Below, piece by piece: positions 29,367 through 39,296 of a DNA stretch of 64,000 nt. The stretch's first letter is position 1, and each line of letters starts with the position of its first letter. Made by a program: the position numbers and the translations under genes. Below the pieces are notes generated by a model that saw only the letters and a program-made list of their open reading frames with translations, did not search any database and was not told the origin of the DNA. The stretch covers positions 8,743 through 72,742 of the forward strand of contig JAAXUF010000008.1 in assembly GCA_013336165.1 (NCBI GenBank). The letters are read 5' to 3'. This DNA comes from Coriobacteriia bacterium. Its GTDB lineage: Bacteria > Actinomycetota > Coriobacteriia > Anaerosomatales > JAAXUF01.

Positions 29367-29747
29367 ATGCAAGCATTTCGCAAGAACGATGAAGGCTTCA
29401 CGCTCGTAGAACTCATGGTCGTCGTTTTGATCATCGGTATCTTGGTCGCCATCGCGATCCCGGTATTCAACAACGCCAGCAACAACGCGCGTATCAAGTC
29501 TTGTCAGGCCAACATGCGAACCATTGAAGGCGCCTACCAGACGTACATGGCCAACAACGGCACGGCCATCACTGCCGCAACTACGGTTGTCTCGGGCGGG
29601 ATCTTGGTTCCGGGCTTCATTGCCGCTGTGCCTGCGTGTCCCTCCGATCCGAACTTCGGAACCACCACCGCCAAGACCCCCTACAGCTTGGCTACAACTG
29701 GCTTGACGGCCTGTCCGATCGTGCCTCTCACTCACATCCACTACTAG
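29367..29747 (+). CDS. Type IV pilin (prepilin with class III signal)
   Basis: The leader MQAFRKNDEG|FTLVELMVVVLIIGILVAIAIP carries a cleavage/methylation motif. 127 aa with 4 Cys in the C-terminal half. Confidence 0.85.
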   Translation: MQAFRKNDEGFTLVELMVVVLIIGILVAIAIPVFNNASNNARIKSCQANMRTIEGAYQTYMANNGTAITAATTVVSGGILVPGFIAAVPACPSDPNFGTTTAKTPYSLATTGLTACPIVPLTHIHY

Positions 29748-29754
29748 CATGCGA

Positions 29755-29810
29755 GACTCGCTGCCAAGGGTTCGCGGTTGGGTTTGTGCCGCGGCCCGTG
29801 GCAGCGAGTC
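29755..29810 (+). promoter_or_regulatory. Two-tier intergenic stem-loop between the tandem pilin genes (possible attenuator or terminator)
   Basis: A perfect 12-bp stem gactcgctgcca (29755-29766) pairs with tggcagcgagtc (29799-29810). The 32-nt loop contains an inner gcgg/ccgc stem. Confidence 0.5.
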
Positions 29811-29855
29811 CCTAAGGCGCGGCGATGTTTCCGAAGAAGGGGAAGCTGTACAGTT

Positions 29856-30236
29856 ATGATCAACTGGAGAAGACGGAACGAAGGTTTCACGCTCGTAGAA
29901 CTCATGGTCGTCGTTTTGATCATCGGTATCTTGGTCGCCATCGCGATCCCGGTGTTCACGAACGCCAGCAACAACGCGCGTATCAAGTCTTGTCAGGCCA
30001 ACATGCGAACCATTGAAGGCGCCTACCAGACGTACATGGCCAACAACGGCACGGCCATCACTGCCGCAACTACGGTTGTTCAGGGTGGGATCTTGGTTCC
30101 GACCTTCATTAAGGCGCCGCCCGTGTGTCCCTCAGATCCGAACTTCGGAACCACCACCGCCAAGACCCCCTACAGCTTGGCTACAACTGGCTTGACGGCC
30201 TGTCCGATCGTGCCTCTCACTCACATCCACTACTAG
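29856..30236 (+). CDS. Type IV pilin, tandem near-identical copy
   Basis: Leader MINWRRRNEG|FTLVEL.... The mature region is more than 90% identical at the nucleotide level to the upstream copy. Confidence 0.85.
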   Translation: MINWRRRNEGFTLVELMVVVLIIGILVAIAIPVFTNASNNARIKSCQANMRTIEGAYQTYMANNGTAITAATTVVQGGILVPTFIKAPPVCPSDPNFGTTTAKTPYSLATTGLTACPIVPLTHIHY

Positions 30237-30340
30237 AGGTCGTGGCTATAGTTGGCGGATTAAGACTCGGGCTCTCTTGATTCTTGAGCGCGCCGATCGT
30301 ATACGGGTGTAGCGATTGGTGATGAAGTGGCCCTCGCCAG

Positions 30341-31171
30341 ATGGGATTGGGTGGATCAGTGGCTGCGTATGTCCTTCTGGCGGCTCTAGGTTTTGTCTTT
30401 GGCTCATTCGCAAACGTCGTCATTTGGCGTCTTCCGCGCGGTGAATCGCTGAACCACCCTGGCTCGCATTGTCCAAAATGCAGTTCGTCAATTGCATGGT
30501 ATGACAACGTTCCGGTGCTCTCCTACATCTTCTTGGGCGGGCAGTGCAGGGTGTGTGGTGCTCGTATATCACTGCGCTATCCGATCGTTGAGCTGCTCTC
30601 GGCGCTGTTGTGGCTCGCCGCCGGAATTCGGTTTGGTATCACGCCTCAAGCTGCGTTCGCTATGGTCTTCTTCTTTCTTCTGCTCATCCTTGCCTTCATC
30701 GATATCGACACCATGCGTCTGCCTAACGCTCTCACGGCACTGCTGTTCGTGATCGGCGCCATCGGCGTGGGTGTCGCTCAATTTGCTCAAATGGCGCTGG
30801 TTCCGCTCCTGCCGGTTGCCGCTCTACCATGGGGGCCGGGTGTCTCTGCCCTGATCGGGGCGAGTCTGTCAGCGGGTCTGGCGTTGGCAATTGCCGCGGC
30901 GTATGGCAGTTTGAGGAAGACCCAAGGCTTCGGCATGGGCGACGTGAAGCTATTGGGGGTCATCGGCGTCTTCCTTGGCTTGTATGGCCTCATGGTCTTC
31001 TTCTTGGGCAGTGTGATGGGGGCGGTGTACGGCGTGATCGTGGCGCGCCGTAGCGGTGGATCGTTGCAGCATAAGTTCGCCTTCGGGCCGTTTCTGGCTC
31101 TCGCTGCAGTGTTGGTGACGTTGTTCGGACCAACGCTGTGGTATTCCTACCTTGGCATCTTCGCGGGATGA
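30341..31171 (+). CDS. pilD: Prepilin peptidase / N-methyltransferase (A24 family)
   Basis: A zinc-binding CPKC...CRVCG N-terminal region precedes a multi-TM body with catalytic Asp residues. Confidence 0.88.
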   Translation: MGLGGSVAAYVLLAALGFVFGSFANVVIWRLPRGESLNHPGSHCPKCSSSIAWYDNVPVLSYIFLGGQCRVCGARISLRYPIVELLSALLWLAAGIRFGITPQAAFAMVFFFLLLILAFIDIDTMRLPNALTALLFVIGAIGVGVAQFAQMALVPLLPVAALPWGPGVSALIGASLSAGLALAIAAAYGSLRKTQGFGMGDVKLLGVIGVFLGLYGLMVFFLGSVMGAVYGVIVARRSGGSLQHKFAFGPFLALAAVLVTLFGPTLWYSYLGIFAG

Positions 31172-31263
31172 TGGCTTAAGATTGCTTGTGGCAGTTACTC
31201 ACTATGGTATCATCAGCCACGTGATCGTGTAGATCTTGTGCAGGGCAACGGGAGGGGGAAGCG

Positions 31264-32388
31264 TTGGCTCGATCATCTTTTGGCGCTGCACCACTGCCCG
31301 TTGGTCTTGATGTGGGGACTGACAGGATTCGAGTGGCTCAGATCAAGCAGAGTGGTATCGGCAGGGCGCTGACTGCCTATGGATCGATCACGATGCCGCT
31401 CGGTGCCACGGTTGAGGGGGAGATCATCGATCCGACGATCGTTTCCTTGGCAATCAAGAACCTATGGAGAAGCGTAGGCCTTCGCTCCAAAGAGGTTTCG
31501 ATTGGCGTCTCGAACCAGAAGGTCATTGTCCGTCTGATTGACTTGCCATTCATGGACAAAGACGAACTCGCTGGGGCAATCCAGTATCAAGCTCAAGACT
31601 ACATCCCAATTCCCGTAGAAGATGCTGTACTCGATTTTCAGATTCTTGGCGATTACATGACGCCATCTGACGAGCACATGATGGAAGTGCTTCTCGTCGC
31701 TGCGCAGCGAGACATGATCGCCAATGTCGTTGCCGCGGTTGAGGGGGCGGGTCTACGACTTGCCTCTATCGATGTCACTGCGTTCGCACTGGTTCGGGCG
31801 CTGCTGGGCACGGAAACCTCATGGCTGGCCACGGAGTTCAACGATCCAAGCCAGGCCTTGGGGGTCGTGCACATCAGTTCAGGATTGACCACGATCGTGG
31901 TGCTAGAGCGAGGGATTCCGCGGTTCACCAGGGTTTCCTCTCTTGCCGGCAACCAGATGACACAAGCGGTTGCGACCGCTCTCAACATCACATTTGATGA
32001 GGCAGAAGCAATCAAGATCAAGGTCGGGCTGCCAAGTATGGACGGCACGCCCACCATCCCTGAGGGCGTCGACCCGGCTCAGGCGCAGGCCGCGCAGGAG
32101 ACAATTGAACGCGAAGCGGGGAAGTTGATCGCCGAGATCCGTCGTTCTTTCGACTACTACCTCACTCAGGCTAACGGGGTACACGGTGTCCAGAAGGTCT
32201 ATCTGACCGGCAATGGTGCACTTATGGGCAACCTGCCGGCGTATATGGAAAAAGGGCTGCAAGCGGAGGTGTGCTTGGGCGATCCGCTTGCGCATGTGCA
32301 GATTGCGGCTGCGGTTGAGCACTCCGTCGTCGCAGACCGAATGGGCTGCGCGGCTTCGATCGGTCTGGCACTTGGGGGTACCTTCTGA
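31264..32388 (+). CDS. pilM: Type IV pilus assembly protein PilM (actin-like ATPase fold)
   Basis: TTG start after the RBS gggaggggg. PilM/FtsA-like fold (VGLDVGTDRIRVAQI). Confidence 0.8.
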   Translation: MARSSFGAAPLPVGLDVGTDRIRVAQIKQSGIGRALTAYGSITMPLGATVEGEIIDPTIVSLAIKNLWRSVGLRSKEVSIGVSNQKVIVRLIDLPFMDKDELAGAIQYQAQDYIPIPVEDAVLDFQILGDYMTPSDEHMMEVLLVAAQRDMIANVVAAVEGAGLRLASIDVTAFALVRALLGTETSWLATEFNDPSQALGVVHISSGLTTIVVLERGIPRFTRVSSLAGNQMTQAVATALNITFDEAEAIKIKVGLPSMDGTPTIPEGVDPAQAQAAQETIEREAGKLIAEIRRSFDYYLTQANGVHGVQKVYLTGNGALMGNLPAYMEKGLQAEVCLGDPLAHVQIAAAVEHSVVADRMGCAASIGLALGGTF

Positions 32389-33050
32389 TGGTACACATCA
32401 ACCTTCTGCCTCGTGCCGTACTCAATCGCCGGCGCTATGAGCGGTGGTACCGCTACATCTTCATCATTGCGGTCGGCCTCGTGGCTTTGGTTCTGCTTCT
32501 CTCCGGCGCCCTGTGGCTGATGGTGCAACAGAAGACCGATACTCTGCAGAGCGCAAACGAGCAGGTTCAGCAATATCGAGCTCAATCGGATGCGCTTGCG
32601 GTGTTCGAACAAAACACGCAGACCTTGCAGGCCCGTCAAGCTGCTGTTCAGGCCGCCCTGTCGCAACGTGTTGACATGGGCAAGCTGGCCAACAACATCT
32701 CTCTGGTTCTTCCTAGTGAGGTCTGGCTCAAATCAATCACAATAGGACAAGAATCCGGAGTGCTCGTGGTGGGGAGTACTCCACGTTCAACGAGCCAGTC
32801 GATGGATGTCGCCTACAAGTCGATCGCCAAGACGCTTGTGCGATTGGGCGAACTCAAAGAACTATCCAGCGTATGGCTTTCGAGCGCTGCCAACACGATA
32901 TGGCAGGAATGGGCCGTGCAAAGTGGATCAGCCAAGCCGGATCCGATCAATGTGGTCGGTTTCCAGATCACAGGGAAGCTAGACAAGATCAAGGCGCTTC
33001 TGGATGCGCCTGCCGCCTCGTCCACCACGTCCGGTACTTCGGGCAAATAG
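32388..33050 (+). CDS. pilN: PilN-like protein
   Basis: Begins HINLLP, then a TM helix and a coiled coil. Its start overlaps the pilM stop. Confidence 0.75.
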   Translation: MVHINLLPRAVLNRRRYERWYRYIFIIAVGLVALVLLLSGALWLMVQQKTDTLQSANEQVQQYRAQSDALAVFEQNTQTLQARQAAVQAALSQRVDMGKLANNISLVLPSEVWLKSITIGQESGVLVVGSTPRSTSQSMDVAYKSIAKTLVRLGELKELSSVWLSSAANTIWQEWAVQSGSAKPDPINVVGFQITGKLDKIKALLDAPAASSTTSGTSGK

Positions 33051-33062
33051 GGAGAGGGGCGG

Positions 33063-33680
33063 ATGACGTTGTCACCAAGGAACAAGGTCATACTCACGAT
33101 AGTGGGATGCGTTATTGCGATAGCGGTACTAGCTGTTGCCCTGATGCTGCCCATGTACAATGAGCTAGGCAAGTTGGATACACAGATTTCGACGGCGGAC
33201 CAGCAGGCTGCGGTATTCAAGGCAAAGCTCGCTCAACGGCAGCAAATGAAAGATCAGTCTGCCAGCACGAACGCGACGTGGTTGCAGCTTACGAGCGCAG
33301 TACCGGAGAGCGCAAACCTACCTTCACTTATCATCGATTTGCAGGATGCTGCCTTTGCGAGTGGAGTCCAGTTAGTTGCGCTCACCCCCTCGGCGCCTAC
33401 CTCACCCACAGCGGCGGCCGGTGGAGTGCAAGCGACAACGAGCGCATACCTGATCATTCCAGTCCAACTTGAAATCATTGGAACCTGGTCAGACACGGTT
33501 GATTATCTGCAACGCATTCAGAAGCTGACCAGGAGTCTGCGCATCACGGAGTTCACTTCTACTGTGTCGGACAACGATACGCAGGCCAAGAAGGCAAATG
33601 CGACGTTGCCCGATTACTTCGAGGCAACCTCAATCAAGATCGAGGTCTATATGATTTCGGCGTCTGCGACGGGGAAGTAG
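33063..33680 (+). CDS. pilO: PilO-like protein
   Basis: N-terminal TM helix, coiled coil and a PilO-like C-terminal domain; positioned after pilN. Confidence 0.65.
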   Translation: MTLSPRNKVILTIVGCVIAIAVLAVALMLPMYNELGKLDTQISTADQQAAVFKAKLAQRQQMKDQSASTNATWLQLTSAVPESANLPSLIIDLQDAAFASGVQLVALTPSAPTSPTAAAGGVQATTSAYLIIPVQLEIIGTWSDTVDYLQRIQKLTRSLRITEFTSTVSDNDTQAKKANATLPDYFEATSIKIEVYMISASATGK

Positions 33681-33689
33681 GGGCAGACG

Positions 33690-34250
33690 ATGACTGACAC
33701 GAACTTCACCGATGTGCAGCAAACTGCCAGGCCTGCCGGCTTCTTCTCGACTTCAACCGGCAAGGTCGTGTTGGTTGCGATCGTCGCGGTTGTGCTGCTT
33801 GCCGCCGTTGGTGTCGCAGCCTACATGTTTCTGATTGGCACGCTTGCTCCCAGCAGTTCGACTGGCGGTTCTCCTCAAGTCACCGTTACCTCAACGGTTA
33901 CTTCGGGCACTGCCGGTTCTGCGTCTGCACCAGCCGAGCCGCCTCTATCGGAAACCTTCATCCTGCGAAACGTCTTCGCACCAACAGTGAAGCCATCCAT
34001 TGTTGCGGCCCCTACCGGCGGAGGTTCGTCTGTTACCGTTCCGACCAACACACTGTATCTGGTGAGTACTCAGCTGACGCCAACGAAGACGGCGACCTTC
34101 ATCTGGAACAACGTCACGTATGTGGTTGCGGAGGGTGGTCAGGTAGGCACTTCTCCATGGAAGGTGCTGACCATAAGCGAGGGTTCTGTGCTGATGTTGT
34201 ACGGCGACTCCCAGGTGACGCTGACATCCGGGCAGAGTGTCGGCAAATAA
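33690..34250 (+). CDS. Hypothetical membrane-anchored beta-rich protein (possible PilP analogue)
   Basis: A TM anchor (VVLVAIVAVVLLAAVGVAAYMFLIG) and S/T-rich linker precede a C-terminal beta-domain. It is the last gene of the pilM-N-O run. Confidence 0.4.
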   Translation: MTDTNFTDVQQTARPAGFFSTSTGKVVLVAIVAVVLLAAVGVAAYMFLIGTLAPSSSTGGSPQVTVTSTVTSGTAGSASAPAEPPLSETFILRNVFAPTVKPSIVAAPTGGGSSVTVPTNTLYLVSTQLTPTKTATFIWNNVTYVVAEGGQVGTSPWKVLTISEGSVLMLYGDSQVTLTSGQSVGK

Positions 34251-34325
34251 GGACGCTGATTGCTCGGCCCGCGCCTTTCTGGTCGAAGCCGGCTTGAGTT
34301 CGGTTCGTTTCAGAGAGGTCACGGC

Positions 34326-35477
34326 ATGCAGCACATAACAGCCGGCGAATCACACGGTCCCTGTCTGACCACCATTGTCACCGGCGTGCCCGCTGGGATC
34401 TCCTTGACGTGCGCGGACATCGATCACGATCTCGCACGTCGGCAACGTGGCTACGGCCGCGGCGGACGTCAGTCCATCGAATCCGATCACGGGCGAGTGA
34501 CTTCCGGAGTGCGTTTTGGGCGCACAATCGGGAGTCCCATCGCAATCGTTATCGAGAATTGCGACTGGAGCAACTGGACTGAGATCATGTCACATTCCGG
34601 GGAGAAGTCGGCAGGCACTCGCGTGACTCAACCGCGTCCGGGGCACGCGGATCTTGCGGGGATTCTCAAGACCGGTTCCGATGACGTGCGCGATGTCCTC
34701 GAGAGAGCCAGTGCCAGAGAGACCGCAGCGCGCGTGGCTGCGGGAGCTGTTGCAAAGGCATTCCTGAGGGAACTCGGCGTTCAGATCGCCTCATATGTGC
34801 AGGCCATAGGTTCCGTCACGATGCCGGCAGTTGAGGACCCTGCCTCTCTTGCTGAAGCCTCCATCGAGGAAAGCGAGCTCCGCTGTCCCGACGGCCCGAC
34901 CACAGAACTCATGAAGGCTGCAATTGACGCTGCGCGGGAGGCAGGAGAGTCTCTCGGAGGCGTGTTCGTTGTGACTGCCACTGGGTTGGTGCCCGGGATA
35001 GGTACCTATGCCGAGGCGGCTCGCAGGCTGGATGCGCAGATCGCAGCCGCCATCATGTCGATTCCTGCGATCAAGGCGGTCGAGATAGGCGACGGGTTCG
35101 CGCTTGCAGCTGTTGTCGGCAGCAAGGCGCATGATGAGATCCATTATTCTCAGGAGCGCGGCTACCACAGATACACCAACCACGCGGGCGGTCTTGAGGG
35201 TGGAATGACGAATGGGGAGACCTTGGTCGTACGCGCGGCCATGAAACCCATCCCCACGCTGATGCGACCGCTTGCAAGCGTCGACATTGACACGCACGAA
35301 GCGGTGGATGCCAGCAGGGAACGCAGTGACGTATGTGCAGTTCCGGCTGCGGCTGTTGTCGCCGAAGCAGAACTCGCTCTAGTGCTTGCCCAAGCATACG
35401 TCGATAAATTTGGCGGGGATGCGATGGTCGATATCATCGCTGCGCGTGATGCGTATCTTGCAAGGATCGCCCGATGA
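34326..35477 (+). CDS. aroC: Chorismate synthase
   Basis: Contains ITAGESHGPCLTTIVTGVPAGI and RSDVCAVPAAAVVAE. Confidence 0.93.
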   Translation: MQHITAGESHGPCLTTIVTGVPAGISLTCADIDHDLARRQRGYGRGGRQSIESDHGRVTSGVRFGRTIGSPIAIVIENCDWSNWTEIMSHSGEKSAGTRVTQPRPGHADLAGILKTGSDDVRDVLERASARETAARVAAGAVAKAFLRELGVQIASYVQAIGSVTMPAVEDPASLAEASIEESELRCPDGPTTELMKAAIDAAREAGESLGGVFVVTATGLVPGIGTYAEAARRLDAQIAAAIMSIPAIKAVEIGDGFALAAVVGSKAHDEIHYSQERGYHRYTNHAGGLEGGMTNGETLVVRAAMKPIPTLMRPLASVDIDTHEAVDASRERSDVCAVPAAAVVAEAELALVLAQAYVDKFGGDAMVDIIAARDAYLARIAR

Positions 35478-35989
35478 GCCATGTGTTCCTCATAGGGTTC
35501 ATGGGTGCGGGAAAATCCACCGTTGCTCGGGAAGTGGGAGAGAGACTGGATCGTCCGGTGGTCGATCTCGACCGAGTTGTGGAATCGAGCTCCGGATACA
35601 CGATTCCTGAAATCTTTGAGAGCGCCGGAGAGCAGGGGTTCCGCGCATTGGAGTCTGCCGCGTTGGCTGAGCTTGCTGATGCGCCTGCCAGTATCGTCGC
35701 ATGTGGCGGAGGTATCGTCATATCGGATGAGAACCGCGTTGCCCTGAAGCGCCAAGGCTCCGTCATCTATCTGCGGGTGAGTCCGGAAGAGACACTAGCC
35801 CGTGTGGGCGCGGACAAGTCCCGTCCGCTTCTGTCCGGTCCAGAAGGTGAGCTCGCGGCTGCCCGGCTCTTGGATTCCAGGGAGACACTCTACGCGGCCG
35901 TGGCCGATGCGACGATCGAGACGGTGGGTCTTTCGATGCACGAAGTTGCAGACGCTGCGGTCCAAGCCATCAAGGAGCGTGGATTGTGA
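35474..35989 (+). CDS. aroK: Shikimate kinase
   Basis: Walker A GFMGAGKSTVAR. It overlaps the aroC stop. Confidence 0.9.
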   Translation: MSHVFLIGFMGAGKSTVAREVGERLDRPVVDLDRVVESSSGYTIPEIFESAGEQGFRALESAALAELADAPASIVACGGGIVISDENRVALKRQGSVIYLRVSPEETLARVGADKSRPLLSGPEGELAAARLLDSRETLYAAVADATIETVGLSMHEVADAAVQAIKERGL

Positions 35990-37092
35990 CGATTTCGAGT
36001 ATCGTCCACGTTGAGGTTCCGCACGCCGATTACGACGTCACCGTCGGAATCGGCTTGCTGGGCGAACTGGGCGCACGAGTTCGCGCGGTTTCCTCGGCGA
36101 AGCGCGTTGCCCTGGTCAGCGATTCCACGGTGGCCGCTCTCTATGGGCTCAGGGTCGATGCGGAGCTTGCCCGTGGAGGGTTTGAGGTGTTTCCACTTTC
36201 GATTCAGCCAGGAGAGGGATCCAAGAGCTGGCTTGTCGTCGGCGAACTCCTCGAGGCTATGGCGGAGGTCGGTTTGGATCGTACCGACATCGTGGTCGCT
36301 CTGGGCGGCGGGGTGATTGGCGACGTCGCGGGCTTTGCGGCGGCCACGTATTTGCGCGGGATCGACTTCGTCCAGGTTCCCACTTCGCTGTTAGCTCAGG
36401 TGGATTCGTCGGTTGGGGGCAAGACAGGTGTCGACCTGCGTGCAGGAAAGAACCTCGCCGGCGCATTCAAGCAGCCGCGTGCGGTGGTCGCAGATGTTGC
36501 GCTGCTCGAATCCCTGCCACAAGCCGAGTGGGCGAATGGTTTCGCAGAGGTCGTGAAGGGTGCGTTCATCGAAGGCGAGGCGTTCGTTTCATGGCTCGAA
36601 CATCACTGCGATGAGCTTGTTTGTCATGATCAGAGTGCAGTTGCCGATGCGGTCTCGCGTTGCGTGCGATTCAAGTCGAGGGTCGTGTCTTCCGATGAGA
36701 GGGAGACAGGGCTGCGAGAGTGCCTGAACTACGGACACACCCTGGGTCATGCGATCGAGAAGGTCGCCGGCTATGGTGTGGTCTCACACGGCGTCGCTGT
36801 TGCGGAGGGTATGCGGTTCGCAGCGCGACTTTCAGTAGAGGTATGCGGCACGAGCCGGGAGTTTGTGGAGCGGCAGGACAGACTGCTGGATGCATTCGGT
36901 CTTCCGGCAGCTACAATGAACATTGAGGCAAACGAGTTGTTCGACGCAATGCGTGCTGACAAGAAAGTCCGCGCGGGGATGGTGCGGTTCGTGCTGCCGG
37001 AGAGGGCAGGGTCTTGGAGATGCTGTCCGGTCGAGGACAAAGTGATTCTGCAGCATCTGCGAGCGTGGGCTGCTTCGAAGAGAAGAGGGTGA
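35986..37092 (+). CDS. aroB: 3-dehydroquinate synthase
   Basis: Contains [43 protein letters not shown] and the metal-binding residues HGHAIE/H. Confidence 0.92.
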   Translation: MTISSIVHVEVPHADYDVTVGIGLLGELGARVRAVSSAKRVALVSDSTVAALYGLRVDAELARGGFEVFPLSIQPGEGSKSWLVVGELLEAMAEVGLDRTDIVVALGGGVIGDVAGFAAATYLRGIDFVQVPTSLLAQVDSSVGGKTGVDLRAGKNLAGAFKQPRAVVADVALLESLPQAEWANGFAEVVKGAFIEGEAFVSWLEHHCDELVCHDQSAVADAVSRCVRFKSRVVSSDERETGLRECLNYGHTLGHAIEKVAGYGVVSHGVAVAEGMRFAARLSVEVCGTSREFVERQDRLLDAFGLPAATMNIEANELFDAMRADKKVRAGMVRFVLPERAGSWRCCPVEDKVILQHLRAWAASKRRG

Positions 37093-37094
37093 CG

Positions 37095-37538
37095 ATGACC
37101 CGAGTGCTGGTCCTGAATGGGCCGAACCTAAACCTGCTCGGTACTCGTGAGCCCGAGATATATGGGTCTGAGAGTCTTGCGGATATTGAAGCTGCCGTCC
37201 GAGGCGTTGCGCAGGAGCTGGGCGTCGAACTCACGTTCCTCCAAAGCAACCACGAGGGCGAGCTGATCGATGCGCTCCATGCATGCGTCGTTGACTGCGA
37301 TGCGGTGGTGTTCAATCCCGGGGCATTCACACACTATTCGTATGCACTGCGCGACGCGGTCGCCTCAATCCGGGTGCCGGTTGTGGAGGTTCATTTGTCC
37401 AATATCTCCGGCCGCGAGGCGTTCCGCCGAGAAAGCGTGATCGCTCCCGTTTGTGTGGGCCAGATCGCGGGTTTCGGTTCTGCTGGATACCTTCTTGGAG
37501 TGAAAGCGGTTCTGGGTTTGCTTTCCGCCCGTGGGTAG
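37095..37538 (+). CDS. aroQ: 3-dehydroquinate dehydratase, type II
   Basis: Begins [21 protein letters not shown] and contains [12 protein letters not shown]. Confidence 0.92.
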   Translation: MTRVLVLNGPNLNLLGTREPEIYGSESLADIEAAVRGVAQELGVELTFLQSNHEGELIDALHACVVDCDAVVFNPGAFTHYSYALRDAVASIRVPVVEVHLSNISGREAFRRESVIAPVCVGQIAGFGSAGYLLGVKAVLGLLSARG

Positions 37539-37583
37539 ATACACTTGACTGGGATGTTCGGCAATGGGGATGCGGATTTGGAC

Positions 37584-39296
37584 ATGAGGAAACATGAAGA
37601 CGGGTTCACCGTAGCCGAGGTACTCATCTCCTTGGCGATCCTTCTGATTGTGGTAATGGGCGTGCTGACGGCGCTCGAGTACTCCGCGTGGACCACCCAG
37701 CAAAATGCGATGCGGCAGGGTGCCGTTGAGTTGGCCAATAAGACGCTTGAGAAGGCGCGAACGATTCCCTATGCCGAGCTGGGCACACACTACCCGGACG
37801 GCACGTATGGCGACCCTCCAGGATCCATTCCAACCAGTACGACTGTGGGCGACTACACGGTCGTGACGAGCGTGTCTTGGGTGCGAGATCCTGTTTCGCA
37901 CAGAGCGACATACAAAGATGTACAAGTGACGGTCTCGTGGCAGAAGCCGCATGCGTCAAGCGTATTTGTGGAGACGGGCGTCTTTGGCAAGAACAGCTAC
38001 GTCAACAGCGGCGACGTCCAGATCCACGTTCTTGATGCCGACGATCTTAGTGCCCAGATCGCGGGCGCAGCGGTTACACTCACGCCAGCCACCGGAGTGA
38101 CCCGATGGGAGACTACACTCACAGACGGAATCGCCTTCTTCGGCTACGTGCCATCGGGGGCCACAGGCGTGGCGGCCGCTCTCACGGGGTGGATGGCAGA
38201 CCTCACCGCTTTCGGCGCGAAGACGGTCAACACTGACTCACTCAATGACTGGGCGCTCCTGATGCAGCGCGAAAGCGATGCAACCATCTACGTTGTTGGC
38301 GCTCCGAGCGGCTCGCCGATAGCGGGGGCAACGGTAACCCTGACGAATAATGAGCGATCACTCATCTATTACGGCACATCAAATGCGGCAGGGGCGGTGA
38401 CCTTCCCTCAACTATGGAAGGCAACTGGCGCCGGGTACACGGTGTTGGTGACCTATCCCGGCCGTGATAATGGTGTCGCGTCATTCACAATCCCCAGCGG
38501 CGGGTATCACGCCAGCCAGACTGTGACGATTAACGACCCTACGTCGTTCGTGGTGTCCGTGAAGGATGCGGCCACGAATGCTGTGGTGGCAGGCGCGCAG
38601 GTCACCGTGCGTGACTCGGTCAATGCCCATGTCCCCGGGAGTCCCGGTGTCACAAGTGCAGGCGGCACGGCTTCATTCCAGATCAATCAGACCGGCACCT
38701 ACACGGTCACAGTCGCTGCGACGGGATACACGACTTCGGTCACTTCCACCAACATCTCCGCGGGAGTTGGCGCCGTCACCTATATGGTCGCGTTGGCGCC
38801 GCCGACCTATCTCAGGGTGACGTGCAAGGACAGCGTGTCGAACCTTCCCATCGCAGGGGCGAGCGTCACGGTGGGCAGTACAACGCTGACCACCGATAGT
38901 AGCGGGAACGCCCTCTTCACAATCACGGCAACGGGTACGTATGCCATCAATGCGACTGCGAGCGGCTACCAAGGCTACTCGGGATCGCAGTATGTTGCAT
39001 TGGGCTCGGGCACAGTAGCCCATTCGGCGAGCATGGTTCCGGCGCCGACAACGGGGTCACTGCGAGTGCATGTTACGCGTTGGTGGGACGGGGATCCTCG
39101 AGACGATGTGCAGGTGACCCTTTACAGGGGTAACACGCAGGTAGCAACTCAGAGGACGGATAGCGATGGTTACACCACTTTCACTAATCTCGCCCCTGGT
39201 ACGAACTATAGAGTCAGGAGAACCAACTACAACACCTATTTCGGCTACTTCACCGTGACCGCCGGCTTGACCACGACCGCCGAAGTGAGCTGGTGA
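37584..39296 (+). CDS. Large prepilin-type minor pilin/adhesin with about five repeated beta-domains (CarboxypepD_reg/Ig-like)
   Basis: A cleavage/methylation site (HEDG|FTVAEVLISLAILLIVVMGVLTALE) is followed by a repeating pattern (G)A.VT(L/V)...G..T....G.A.F..L..G.Y.V. Confidence 0.75.
   Translation: MRKHEDGFTVAEVLISLAILLIVVMGVLTALEYSAWTTQQNAMRQGAVELANKTLEKARTIPYAELGTHYPDGTYGDPPGSIPTSTTVGDYTVVTSVSWVRDPVSHRATYKDVQVTVSWQKPHASSVFVETGVFGKNSYVNSGDVQIHVLDADDLSAQIAGAAVTLTPATGVTRWETTLTDGIAFFGYVPSGATGVAAALTGWMADLTAFGAKTVNTDSLNDWALLMQRESDATIYVVGAPSGSPIAGATVTLTNNERSLIYYGTSNAAGAVTFPQLWKATGAGYTVLVTYPGRDNGVASFTIPSGGYHASQTVTINDPTSFVVSVKDAATNAVVAGAQVTVRDSVNAHVPGSPGVTSAGGTASFQINQTGTYTVTVAATGYTTSVTSTNISAGVGAVTYMVALAPPTYLRVTCKDSVSNLPIAGASVTVGSTTLTTDSSGNALFTITATGTYAINATASGYQGYSGSQYVALGSGTVAHSASMVPAPTTGSLRVHVTRWWDGDPRDDVQVTLYRGNTQVATQRTDSDGYTTFTNLAPGTNYRVRRTNYNTYFGYFTVTAGLTTTAEVSW

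Larger units (their letters stand above)
29367..30236 (+). repeat. Tandem direct duplication (about 489-bp period) spanning two pilin genes
   Basis: Long identical runs (for example ggcttcacgctcgtagaactcatggtcgtcgttttgatcatcggtatcttggtcgccatcgcgatccc) occur in both copies, through the shared PLTHIHY C-terminus. Confidence 0.9.
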
